Source: a virus | Taxonomy: Duplodnaviria; Caudoviricetes | Length of the DNA stretch: 64,000 nucleotides | Virus record (IMG/VR): IMGVR_UViG_3300032216_000646 | Location: 31,751 to 95,750 of that record | Strand: one strand, 5' to 3' | Shown here: positions 53,073-62,150 of the stretch, in pieces | Layout: each line of letters opens with the position of its first letter | Position numbering within the stretch: position 1 is the first letter of the stretch | Made by a program: the position numbers and the translations under genes | The notes under the pieces: model-generated | What the model was told of the DNA's origin: nothing | Seen by the model: the letters and a program-made list of their open reading frames with translations, nothing else | Databases searched by the model: none

Positions 53073-55352
53073 TTACGAAATGCCAGACGATTCTACTCCA
53101 GCAGCAGAACGAAGCACCCATGGCGTGTCATGAGGCAAGATTCTTTCGATTTCCATAACTGTTCTAGTTAGTTTCAAAACTTTATTTGGGTAATAGTAAG
53201 TTGTGGAAGCATGTGCAGTCCCAGACCATACAGCCCCATAATCTACTGGTAATGAGCCATCGTAGTAATCATTTACAGAGATTGACTGTTCAAACATTGC
53301 ACCATCAAAATACACGTGCTTACCCGCATCTCCAGCAATAAAAGCAGTGGCGCTGTAAGTGTATGGTCTTGCGTATTTAGCACCAACAGGTGCAACTGCG
53401 GTTACGGTTACACGAGTCCAACTTCCAGTAGTCACTGTAGTAGTATTTCCCGACACGCCACTTCCAGTAATAAAAGTTGGGGTTGAGTCATAGAAATCAA
53501 TGGATGATTTGTATTGCTTTGCGGTATCAACATCTTTTACGTAAATCGAATAAGTGTAGGTTTGACCTGCAGTTACTGGGGGCATGTACGCTGTGGTTGG
53601 AGAAACAGAAATACCAGAAGTAGTAGCACTTCCAGCAATAGTTAGGTAAGCAGATTTACTTCCGTATAACGCTTGAGAAGAGGAAGTAGCCGCTGAAACG
53701 TTTCTAGTTGTCCAACCCGTAACGTTTGTTTCAAAAGAAGGGTTAGTAATGTAGTTGATTTTGGCTGGGTTTAGGTAAATGTCTACTCCACGAGCCTCAC
53801 GGAAAGAATCCTGAGCGCCTAAAGAAAACTGCATCATGTCCAAGTAGTAAGTTCCAGTATTACCAAACAACAACTTGACGCTTGCAAAATACGCTTTTGA
53901 AGTGTTTTTACGGATAGTGGCGTTTGTGAAAGCAAGATTATCTAGGTCAGCATTTATTACGGAGTACGTTACGGACGTAGAAGTAGTGCCAGTTAGAGTA
54001 AACGTTCCAGCGTAAGGAGCGCCAGCAGTAGCACTTACTACCACACTGTCACCAGTAGTAAATGTATGACCTGTTGCAACAGTTATGGTGACCACGTTAG
54101 ACACTAACTTCCCAGAAATCGCTGTAGTTTCAAAGCCAGGTGCTTCAGCACTAAAAGTTTTTCTAGCCCATGAAGTAGAAGTGCTGAGTGCGCTACCAGT
54201 AGAAGGAGACCCTATTAGCGCACCTTTAGAGTCATACCAACTAATGGAAGGAGTGACGTTACGAGTTCCAGTAGTACCGTCAGCAGTCCTGATGTAATAC
54301 GAAAACTCGTAAACTCCACCAGCAGAAACTGGGATTCCACGAGTCAACGGAAAGTCTGCTCCGTTAGAAATAAAAGCGTTAGCAGTAGTGACAACTACTT
54401 GACCAACTGAAGCCTTCTCAATGGCGTAAGCCTCAGTCGTAGGGGGAATGATTGTTTTTACAACCGATAAAGCGCAGTTACCAAAAGGCAACCAAAAACC
54501 AACATTTGACTCAAAACTACTGTCATTCAAAGACAGCATCAAGTTGGTTGAAGTAGTGATTTTTGGGTCAAAACCACACACAGCCTCAACACCAGTAGAC
54601 AACGCACTCATCGTCCCCTTACGTTGATACGTATACATTGCCTCCCGCAACAAACGTTTCTGGTTTTTCATTGGAACAGCAGCCGCTTGGTCAATACCTA
54701 ACGCATCAAACTGAGTAGATAAAGTTTCTGGGTTAGTACTTTGACCAGTAAAGTCTGGGATGAGCAAATCAGCGTAAGTGGTCAACTCGTCTTGAGTAAA
54801 CGCAAATGGAGTCAAAAACTGGAATAAATCAGACTCTTGGTCTACTTCGTCAATGTAAGACTGGCTTTTTGAAGTAAACACTCGTGGAAGCAAATCCATC
54901 ATCTTATTTTGAGTATTTATTAGAGTAGTTTTGTCTGGCTTTAGAGTTGCGTGCTGCCTAGGAATAAGAGCATAAGTTTCACCAGCAACCGCCCATGCGC
55001 CGCCTGCATTTTGAATCCACATTCGGTAATACACGTAACCACCACTTTTTAGAGCAATGTTGTTAGTAGTGTCGGAGTCAGTAAAGTTGTCGACACCATC
55101 AATAAAATCCGCAAGAGGGGTAGAGTCAGAAACTACTTGCCAAAGAATCACACCATCTTCTTGTGTTTCTGGGTATCCGTAAGAGTTACGAACAAGCCTA
55201 AGTGCGGTGTAAGTACCAGTGGCTGGCGACCAAGTCAAACTTACTTTGTCATAGTCAATAGCCTCAGCCGTCAATGGCTCAACGGATAGGGTAGTTCTAG
55301 CAACTTCACCGTAGTTGATGTTGCTGTAATACGATTGACCGTATTTAGCCAT
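53073..55352 (-). CDS. Baseplate wedge/tail protein with carbohydrate-binding modules
   Basis: LLPRVF..YQRKGT wedge motif; NPSFE/SSFE CBM-like repeats. Confidence 0.75.
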   Translation of the reverse strand: MAKYGQSYYSNINYGEVARTTLSVEPLTAEAIDYDKVSLTWSPATGTYTALRLVRNSYGYPETQEDGVILWQVVSDSTPLADFIDGVDNFTDSDTTNNIALKSGGYVYYRMWIQNAGGAWAVAGETYALIPRQHATLKPDKTTLINTQNKMMDLLPRVFTSKSQSYIDEVDQESDLFQFLTPFAFTQDELTTYADLLIPDFTGQSTNPETLSTQFDALGIDQAAAVPMKNQKRLLREAMYTYQRKGTMSALSTGVEAVCGFDPKITTSTNLMLSLNDSSFESNVGFWLPFGNCALSVVKTIIPPTTEAYAIEKASVGQVVVTTANAFISNGADFPLTRGIPVSAGGVYEFSYYIRTADGTTGTRNVTPSISWYDSKGALIGSPSTGSALSTSTSWARKTFSAEAPGFETTAISGKLVSNVVTITVATGHTFTTGDSVVVSATAGAPYAGTFTLTGTTSTSVTYSVINADLDNLAFTNATIRKNTSKAYFASVKLLFGNTGTYYLDMMQFSLGAQDSFREARGVDIYLNPAKINYITNPSFETNVTGWTTRNVSAATSSSQALYGSKSAYLTIAGSATTSGISVSPTTAYMPPVTAGQTYTYSIYVKDVDTAKQYKSSIDFYDSTPTFITGSGVSGNTTTVTTGSWTRVTVTAVAPVGAKYARPYTYSATAFIAGDAGKHVYFDGAMFEQSISVNDYYDGSLPVDYGAVWSGTAHASTTYYYPNKVLKLTRTVMEIERILPHDTPWVLRSAAGVESSGIS

Positions 55353-55367
55353 TAGTTATACTCCTGA

Positions 55368-55811
55368 TTAGGCGCTTCCACCGTCGATGGTAACTGCAAA
55401 CAAAGTTCCAGAAGTATCAACAGTTACAAGGTTAGAACTACCTGCCGCATTTTTGATTTCAAAAATGTTGACTGATTGGCTGGCAATAGGTTTGATTACT
55501 AGACCAACAACACCAGTCGCAGATGAAGTAATGGTTGAACCACCAAAAGTGCTTACACGGTTAGTAAAAGACTGGTAAGTTCCAACCTCAATGTTGCTAA
55601 GACGCTCACCAAGGTCAGTCCAAACTTTTGGAGCAGTAAAATCTGGGGTAGAAGTAGCAGTCCATGACGCAACTCTAGATGGGGTTGTTCCCAAAATAAT
55701 CTGCATTTGTTCAACTTCGTCATACACAGAGTTGACGTCGTTAGCAACCACAAGGCTGGTAAGGTCTACTTTTCTTGAAAAAGTCACTTTTGAGGATGGG
55801 TAATAAGCCAT
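55368..55811 (-). CDS. Tail-associated protein
   Basis: Position in the tail module; VANDVN..EV. Confidence 0.6.
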   Translation of the reverse strand: MAYYPSSKVTFSRKVDLTSLVVANDVNSVYDEVEQMQIILGTTPSRVASWTATSTPDFTAPKVWTDLGERLSNIEVGTYQSFTNRVSTFGGSTITSSATGVVGLVIKPIASQSVNIFEIKNAAGSSNLVTVDTSGTLFAVTIDGGSA

Positions 55812-55865
55812 AATCTCTCCTAATCTCTTATCTAGTTTGGCGGATAACCCGCCGATTTACAGTGC

Positions 55866-56600
55866 TTACTTGACTTCAGTAACAGTCACAATCATTCCAG
55901 GTGTTTCAGGAACTGTTGGAGATGATTGAGTTGGCACAGATAGAATCTGTACAGTAGAAGTAGAAGTCCAGTAAAACTCTATGTAATCTCCAGCGTTTAC
56001 TTGCTGAAGGTAGTTCCATGCAGGTAGTACATAGTGCATCTGATTAGATAGGTCTACTGTGCCTGTGCTTTGAGGTACATCTACCCCATTTTGCCTAATC
56101 CAAATGTCTATGCTTGGGCTACCATTTGATGATTGATGAATCTGCGCCGAAAACTGGATGTTGTAAAGACCAGCATTTGCAAAGGTAATACGAGTTGGGT
56201 TACCTGAACCATTATTAGTAATCGAAACATTAGATGCATCGATTGTGGTGTTTAGCATAATGGGTTGTGCAGAAGTTGTGCTAGTTTGTTGCGTGCCTGT
56301 TCGGTAGTCAATAAATGAGCCATAGTTTACTGGTGTCAAAACAGTAGCAAATGTACCTATCCATAATGGGAAAGATAAATCTCCACCTTCAAACATTACA
56401 AAAACGCCTTCACCAACGTCTGGGGTGGACGTAATCACCCCTGATTGATTAACCCCCCAAGCCCAACTAGTTGGAACATCCGCAAAGATTTGTGGAACTT
56501 GAAGTTTTACACGACCCTGACCGATAGGGTCATTATTGTCATACACAACCCCACGGTAGACCCCGTAAAACTTTCGGTTACCGTATTTATCCTCAATCAC
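55866..56600 (-). CDS. Gp5/Vgr-like OB-fold baseplate spike protein
   Basis: YRGVVYDNNDP..GRVKLQVP..WA..P.VGEGVFVMFEGGD..PLW. Confidence 0.85.
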   Translation of the reverse strand: MIEDKYGNRKFYGVYRGVVYDNNDPIGQGRVKLQVPQIFADVPTSWAWGVNQSGVITSTPDVGEGVFVMFEGGDLSFPLWIGTFATVLTPVNYGSFIDYRTGTQQTSTTSAQPIMLNTTIDASNVSITNNGSGNPTRITFANAGLYNIQFSAQIHQSSNGSPSIDIWIRQNGVDVPQSTGTVDLSNQMHYVLPAWNYLQQVNAGDYIEFYWTSTSTVQILSVPTQSSPTVPETPGMIVTVTEVK

Positions 56601-56602
56601 TA

Positions 56603-58678
56603 TTAGACCTTTGTGACTGTAATAGTGTAAGTGTTGGTGTTTACGCTGTTAGCCGCTACAACAACAATGCTGACTGTAGTGGTGGTAGTTGGAAGTGCTA
56701 CTGCAGTTGCGCTACCTGAAGTTACTGCTGTGCCGTTGACAGTAATCGACGCACCAGACAAAGTAGGGGTAACGTTCATAGTTGTTGTTCCAGTAGCCAC
56801 AGTCAAGTTGTAGTTGTAGAACGAAGAACTAAACGTTGGGCTTAGAGTTCCAGTGCTAAAGGTCAAACCAGAAAGCGAAGATACAGTTGACTTTTCAGTG
56901 ACAGTTAGTCTGCTTGCTGCAAAAACAAAAATGTCACTTGGTTTTCCAACAAGAACAGTTTTAGCAGCAGAATCTCCAGTTTTGTAAAGCAAATCAACAG
57001 TCAAGTTTTGAACTCCTTCTACACGACGAAGACCAGCCTCAAGTTCTTGTGGGCTAATAGTGTCACCAAAAAGCATGTAGAAGTAGTTGAAGTTGTCTAG
57101 CAATGCGTTTTGGATAGCCTGCTCAATCTGGTTAGATGAATAGCCATCAAACTTAGTGTAAGAAACTGAGAGAGTTACATTCACATAAGTTGGTGGAAGA
57201 ACAGTTACTGTAGTTCCAATCTGAGTTCTGTCAGCCAAATAACTAACAACATCGCTTTCAAGGCTAATCTGCTCTTGTTGTTTAGTGACGTTGCTGCTGT
57301 CAAAACCAGGGTAAACGTCAGTGTCATCAGCGTTTCGTTGAGGACTTACATACAGAGTTACTGCGCTACGGCTTTCAGCGGTTGCTTTTGCTTTACCAAC
57401 ACCCGTTACAGTCACTGCAAGGTCTTGGTAGTCTTGCAAAGTAACTGCTCGGTTCAAAGTGCGCAAAGCCAATGGAGCATTGATGCGGATACTATCGTTG
57501 CTTTCAGGGTCACTACCACCAATACCAAAAGTTGTATTTGTAGTATTTACTGATTGGTTCAAAGCATAAGTTTGACTACTCGTAAGATTAGGAATCGCTC
57601 GAAGAGTAGTTATTGCTCCTAAACCAACATTTCCTATAGTTCCTCCACCAATAGTGTATTTTGAGCGAATGATTGCACCGATAGTTGGGATAGCCCCAGA
57701 AACTCCATCACCAAACTGAACACTCACATAGTCGCTGTCGTCTATAGACAACGTAAACACGGTATCTTTTGGTCCGTAGTCAGCCAAATGAGCCACGTAA
57801 GTCCAAGCAGTGTATGTCGAACCGCTATCCGTAGATACATAAACTTTTACTGAGCCATCAACTACTTGGTTTTCCAGCAACGTAAACTTTTGGTCTGGGA
57901 GTTGAGTTGACTCACCGATTTTTTCTCCATAGGTAGCATTATTTCCGCTAACCATAGTTGAAGAACTACCGTGACGAGCCGACACTGTGCCAATGTGCGA
58001 GTTGCTACCAGCAGCCACACCAGTAATAGTTACGTTTGAAGTAGTAGTAAATACTACTGTTTGGATAGAGTCACCAATGGTAACTTGACCTGAAACTTCA
58101 GTTCCAGCAGGAATAGTCAGGTTGTTTCCGACAATAGAAGAGCCTGTACAGGTAGTTCCAGTTGCTGTGCTACTGATTTGAAAACTAGTATCGTTGCGAG
58201 CAATGATTGCCGCACCATTAGGAACATTGTAGGCAGTTGTAGAGCAACCGTTTACAATAACCACTTGACCAACACTGTAAGTATTTGCCGCAGTGTAAGT
58301 AACAATAGCCCCGTCACCACTTACTGCAGTAATAGGTGCAGTCAAAGTAGGTAACTTGTTAGCAAACTTTATTGTTGTATAAGCAGAGCGGTAACCAGCA
58401 GGAGAATACCCGTAGTTGTTTGCAATAGCCAAAATACTTTTACGTTGAGTAGCGGTGTTTAGCAAACCTTCGTTAGCAATACGGTCAATGTAATAACTAG
58501 ATACGTCTCCCATGTAAGAAAACGCCTCTACAAGTGCAACACCAAAATCGGCTGGGTCGTCACCCTTCCATTCAGGAATACGTTCTTGTAGCCGCAATAG
58601 AAGAGCATTGCGCAAAGAATAATAGTCTCGACTAGTGTAGTCAATAGATACAGGGATTTTACTTGCTGGTACGGTCAT
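56603..58678 (-). CDS. Baseplate J-like protein with C-terminal beta-sandwich
   Basis: DYTSRDY, FGDGVSG, GGSDPES..RAVTLQDY. Confidence 0.9.
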   Translation of the reverse strand: MTVPASKIPVSIDYTSRDYYSLRNALLLRLQERIPEWKGDDPADFGVALVEAFSYMGDVSSYYIDRIANEGLLNTATQRKSILAIANNYGYSPAGYRSAYTTIKFANKLPTLTAPITAVSGDGAIVTYTAANTYSVGQVVIVNGCSTTAYNVPNGAAIIARNDTSFQISSTATGTTCTGSSIVGNNLTIPAGTEVSGQVTIGDSIQTVVFTTTSNVTITGVAAGSNSHIGTVSARHGSSSTMVSGNNATYGEKIGESTQLPDQKFTLLENQVVDGSVKVYVSTDSGSTYTAWTYVAHLADYGPKDTVFTLSIDDSDYVSVQFGDGVSGAIPTIGAIIRSKYTIGGGTIGNVGLGAITTLRAIPNLTSSQTYALNQSVNTTNTTFGIGGSDPESNDSIRINAPLALRTLNRAVTLQDYQDLAVTVTGVGKAKATAESRSAVTLYVSPQRNADDTDVYPGFDSSNVTKQQEQISLESDVVSYLADRTQIGTTVTVLPPTYVNVTLSVSYTKFDGYSSNQIEQAIQNALLDNFNYFYMLFGDTISPQELEAGLRRVEGVQNLTVDLLYKTGDSAAKTVLVGKPSDIFVFAASRLTVTEKSTVSSLSGLTFSTGTLSPTFSSSFYNYNLTVATGTTTMNVTPTLSGASITVNGTAVTSGSATAVALPTTTTTVSIVVVAANSVNTNTYTITVTKV

Positions 58679-59100
58679 AGTCTTTCCTCAGTTGAGATTA
58701 GGTTTTCAGAAATAGCAATCACACCAACAACAGAAGCAATGCCTTTTCCGTCTGGCAAACTGTAAACAACTTCAACTTTTACTTCGTTGTTGTAATCATC
58801 AAAAACAACGTCTATAGAATCTAAATCTAACGTTGGAAGCCAAGTTACAAATGCTGACTTTACTTCTTTTTGAATCGCTTCAGTTGCCGCAGTAACAGTA
58901 GAAAACAACGAAGCAGAAGTTGAAGTCCCAAAAGACGGTCTAAAAATGCGTTCACCAACGTGCGTCCCAATAACAGACAGGACACGGTCAGCCCAAATCT
59001 TTTTAGGGTCGTTGGTTTTATCGATTACCCCGTATTGGTTTATTTTGAAGGGTAAGGCGATAGCAAGTTCTAGATTCTTACCTTTAGGTGCGTAAATCAT
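58675..59100 (-). CDS. gp25/GPW-like baseplate wedge protein
   Basis: TxxGERIFRPSFGT. Confidence 0.85.
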   Translation of the reverse strand: MIYAPKGKNLELAIALPFKINQYGVIDKTNDPKKIWADRVLSVIGTHVGERIFRPSFGTSTSASLFSTVTAATEAIQKEVKSAFVTWLPTLDLDSIDVVFDDYNNEVKVEVVYSLPDGKGIASVVGVIAISENLISTEERL

Positions 59101-60392
59101 AGGTTACCTCGCTTCCATTTGGTTGCTTTGTGCCATTTTGATGGGGTCAATGCAGCCCCCCTGTCGCTTTGTTTTACAGGAATACTTGGCGTTATTAGTC
59201 TAACTGATGACTCATTCATAGCGCTGGCGTTACCGTTAGCAGTTGCCAGCACTTGCTCTACATTTACGTGACCTTGTCTACCAAATCTGTTTTCTTTGAA
59301 AATGTCATGGTGAACTTCTCCACGACCGTCTGTAACTATCAGGGCTTCAATCTGGTAGTCACCAATAAGCGCAAACTTGTGGGTAACTTCTTTTACCATC
59401 CAATAACCGTCAGTATTTACACCAGTCCCACCAATGTATACAGGAGCAAACGGACGAATCCTAGAATCTCCTTGGCATTTGATTCGGGCAGGGTTACTAA
59501 ACCTAGCAAGTTCTGCTAAACCATGCGAAGCAGTTGCAGCCGCAGTAGCAGTGTTCACGACACTATCAGTTCTGTATTCGTCAAATAGTGTCGGAGCAAC
59601 AACCTGTCTCAAAGACGTAGGGACATCCGTAGGGTTATCCGTCGCAGTATAGATTTTTGCAGTCAACGGGTCGACTCCACCAACATGTTTTACACTTCGA
59701 CGTTCAACGTCATCTTCAAGTGCATCAGCATTAGTTACTCGGAAATAATCCAAAGTGCGTTCCATCCAACGGGTATTAGTTGGAAAATCAGTTCCTTCAA
59801 ACGCTAAGATTGGGACATTGTTGCCTACTTGGTCAATCAACTGGTCAATAGGTCTAAATAATAAATCCATACCGTCTATCACTAACCCATAACCAATACG
59901 TTTGGCATAACTGATTAGCCATTCCCAATACGACTCACCTGCAATAACTAACTGGTCAAACCGTCTAGGGTGGTTTTCTCCAATAAACCTAAAACCGTGT
60001 TCTCTGGCAATCTCAGCAGCAACTTCAGGAATAGTCACATTTGAATAAACTCTAGTCACCTGTTGTTTCAAAGGAAACGAAGAACCTATACAAACTACAT
60101 CCATCTTTTGTTCACGCTGGGCAGCCGTTTCTACGACCACCATGTAAACATAGCCGTACCAAACATGTTTAGATTTGTCGTTTTCCCACGAAAACTTCAC
60201 AGGTTCACCTGTTTGAAGCAAAGTTTGCCATACATCGCTTTTCATCAAATAATGCAACTTTAGAATGTCGTGCATGTATTGCTTTTGAGTAATGTCCGCT
60301 TGAATAGGTAGTTTTACAAACGATGGAATGTTTGGAAACTCTAAAGAATACCTTGTGCTTTTACGGTTTTGAACTTGAGGGGAACTAGCCAC
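59097..60392 (-). CDS. Baseplate hub (gpD/gp27-like)
   Basis: IAREHG..ESYWEWL..IGY; GYWMVKEVTH. Confidence 0.75.
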   Translation of the reverse strand: MASSPQVQNRKSTRYSLEFPNIPSFVKLPIQADITQKQYMHDILKLHYLMKSDVWQTLLQTGEPVKFSWENDKSKHVWYGYVYMVVVETAAQREQKMDVVCIGSSFPLKQQVTRVYSNVTIPEVAAEIAREHGFRFIGENHPRRFDQLVIAGESYWEWLISYAKRIGYGLVIDGMDLLFRPIDQLIDQVGNNVPILAFEGTDFPTNTRWMERTLDYFRVTNADALEDDVERRSVKHVGGVDPLTAKIYTATDNPTDVPTSLRQVVAPTLFDEYRTDSVVNTATAAATASHGLAELARFSNPARIKCQGDSRIRPFAPVYIGGTGVNTDGYWMVKEVTHKFALIGDYQIEALIVTDGRGEVHHDIFKENRFGRQGHVNVEQVLATANGNASAMNESSVRLITPSIPVKQSDRGAALTPSKWHKATKWKRGNL

Positions 60393-60660
60393 GTGGAATC
60401 CTTATGGTTGTTCCAATCGGAATGTTGAAAGGGTCAATGATTTCTGGATTGTAATCCATAATCTTCCACCACATTTCTGAGTTACCAATGGTTCGTGCAG
60501 CCACATTTTCTGGACGGTCACGTTCTTGCCACACATACGTGTAAAACACAGCCACATCTTTTGGATAGTTGCGCAAAACGGTAGTAACCCATTGGTTTTT
60601 TCTGGCGTCCCATGCTTTGAACAAAGTGCCAGTGGCGTAACGACTGCTTGTGTAAATCAT
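60385..60660 (-). CDS. LysM/tail X-like baseplate protein
   Basis: DRPENVA..WWKIMDYNP..GTTIRIP. Confidence 0.8.
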   Translation of the reverse strand: MIYTSSRYATGTLFKAWDARKNQWVTTVLRNYPKDVAVFYTYVWQERDRPENVAARTIGNSEMWWKIMDYNPEIIDPFNIPIGTTIRIPRG

Positions 60661-60668
60661 GCTATCTC

Positions 60669-62150
60669 CTAAGCAAAATCTGGAATACGGTTGAACTGGA
60701 CACGTAAAGTACTAAATAGTGGGACCATGCGCTCATTGAACACGACGTGGCGAACACTCAAAGAGTTTACGATTCCTAAGTAACGAAGGTTTTGACCTAA
60801 ATGAAGTTCTACGGGCATTGCACCTAAGTAACCAATGTCCGCAGTTCCAACATCAGAAATACCTGTTCCACCAAAACGCAGCGTGGTAGGACCTTTGTAT
60901 CCCAACAAAGTTCTAAGTAAATAGTCAACATCGTACATAGTTCCACGACGATAGATTAGTTGCTGCTCCGCATACGTCGGGGTTCTACCAGGGTAAATCT
61001 GTTTTGGGTTGGTGCTAAATGGCGCTTTTAGGCGTTCTGTCTTTAAATCGTAATACTTCATGTCAAACATGCGGTTCAAAACCAAGTCAAAACTAATAGT
61101 GCTTTGAGTCATACCAATACCACCAATAAGGCTGAACTGGTCAGAACCAGAAATCTCATAACCAACGTCAACGTCTGGAGTTCCCATAAACGTCATGTCT
61201 ACCGTTCCAGGGTTATACAAAAACTGGAAAGCGTATTTTTTACCAGCATCAAGGTCAAACTGCCAATCGTAAGAGGTGTATTGACTATTAGTAACTGTAG
61301 TTTGTCCATCTTTAGTTTCTCTTGATGTTGATGATGGAACGATTGGGTCATTAGGTCCGAAAGCGGAATCTGGGTTATTGTTTTGAAATAACTTTTTATA
61401 GTCAATCGAAGCAATCATGCCTTTATGAGCGTTTGAATCCGACCACAAATCTCCAGCAGATTTTACAATCGACGGAGCGTTGCCACCCATAACCTGATAC
61501 TTGTTATTTTTTAACTCGTAAGTAAACGTTTCAGTGCTTTTGAAATAGTTTTCGGTAACACCACTGACGTTGTATACAAAGGATTGACTTGCAGAGTCAA
61601 TAATCTTAGTAAGTTTTCCATCTTTACCTTTGACCACGTCAGCAAAGATAGTAGCACCAAGGCTTTTACCCGTGTAAACGATTTGGTCAAGGGCTGCTTG
61701 GTAAACAGATAGCAAGTTATTTTGTTTAAGGATTTCCGCATCATCGGCTTTGATTGTTGCTTTGAAAGCGTTTACTACTGCATTAGTTCTCGCAACAAAC
61801 TTGTTCCACTCTCCTCCACCAATGCCACTGTATTCTGAAGGAAACGTAGCACTTCCATTATTTAGGTAATAACTGTGTAACTCTTTTTCAACGTAGTCAC
61901 TGCCAACAAAAGTAGTCACATAATCAGTGTCCTTTGGAGGAGTGCTAATCTTCCCTAAAAATGTGGTGATGCCTGTGTCAGCCTCATCCCTATGATTTTC
62001 GTAATAAGTTATAGAACCCGACGCACTTTTTATTTGTGCTTCAAGCCATTGTTTTTGCGCAGCAATGCGGTCTTTTTCTTTAGCCTTAGCGTTGCTACCT
62101 GTTGTTCTCCAAGAGTTTAGTAGGTAGTCCCAAGAATCGTGTGAAGGCAT
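60669..62150 (-). CDS. Tail tube initiator-like protein
   Basis: FQFLYNP..ISFDLVLNR..FNERMVP; follows the tape measure gene. Confidence 0.6.
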   Translation of the reverse strand: MPSHDSWDYLLNSWRTTGSNAKAKEKDRIAAQKQWLEAQIKSASGSITYYENHRDEADTGITTFLGKISTPPKDTDYVTTFVGSDYVEKELHSYYLNNGSATFPSEYSGIGGGEWNKFVARTNAVVNAFKATIKADDAEILKQNNLLSVYQAALDQIVYTGKSLGATIFADVVKGKDGKLTKIIDSASQSFVYNVSGVTENYFKSTETFTYELKNNKYQVMGGNAPSIVKSAGDLWSDSNAHKGMIASIDYKKLFQNNNPDSAFGPNDPIVPSSTSRETKDGQTTVTNSQYTSYDWQFDLDAGKKYAFQFLYNPGTVDMTFMGTPDVDVGYEISGSDQFSLIGGIGMTQSTISFDLVLNRMFDMKYYDLKTERLKAPFSTNPKQIYPGRTPTYAEQQLIYRRGTMYDVDYLLRTLLGYKGPTTLRFGGTGISDVGTADIGYLGAMPVELHLGQNLRYLGIVNSLSVRHVVFNERMVPLFSTLRVQFNRIPDFA

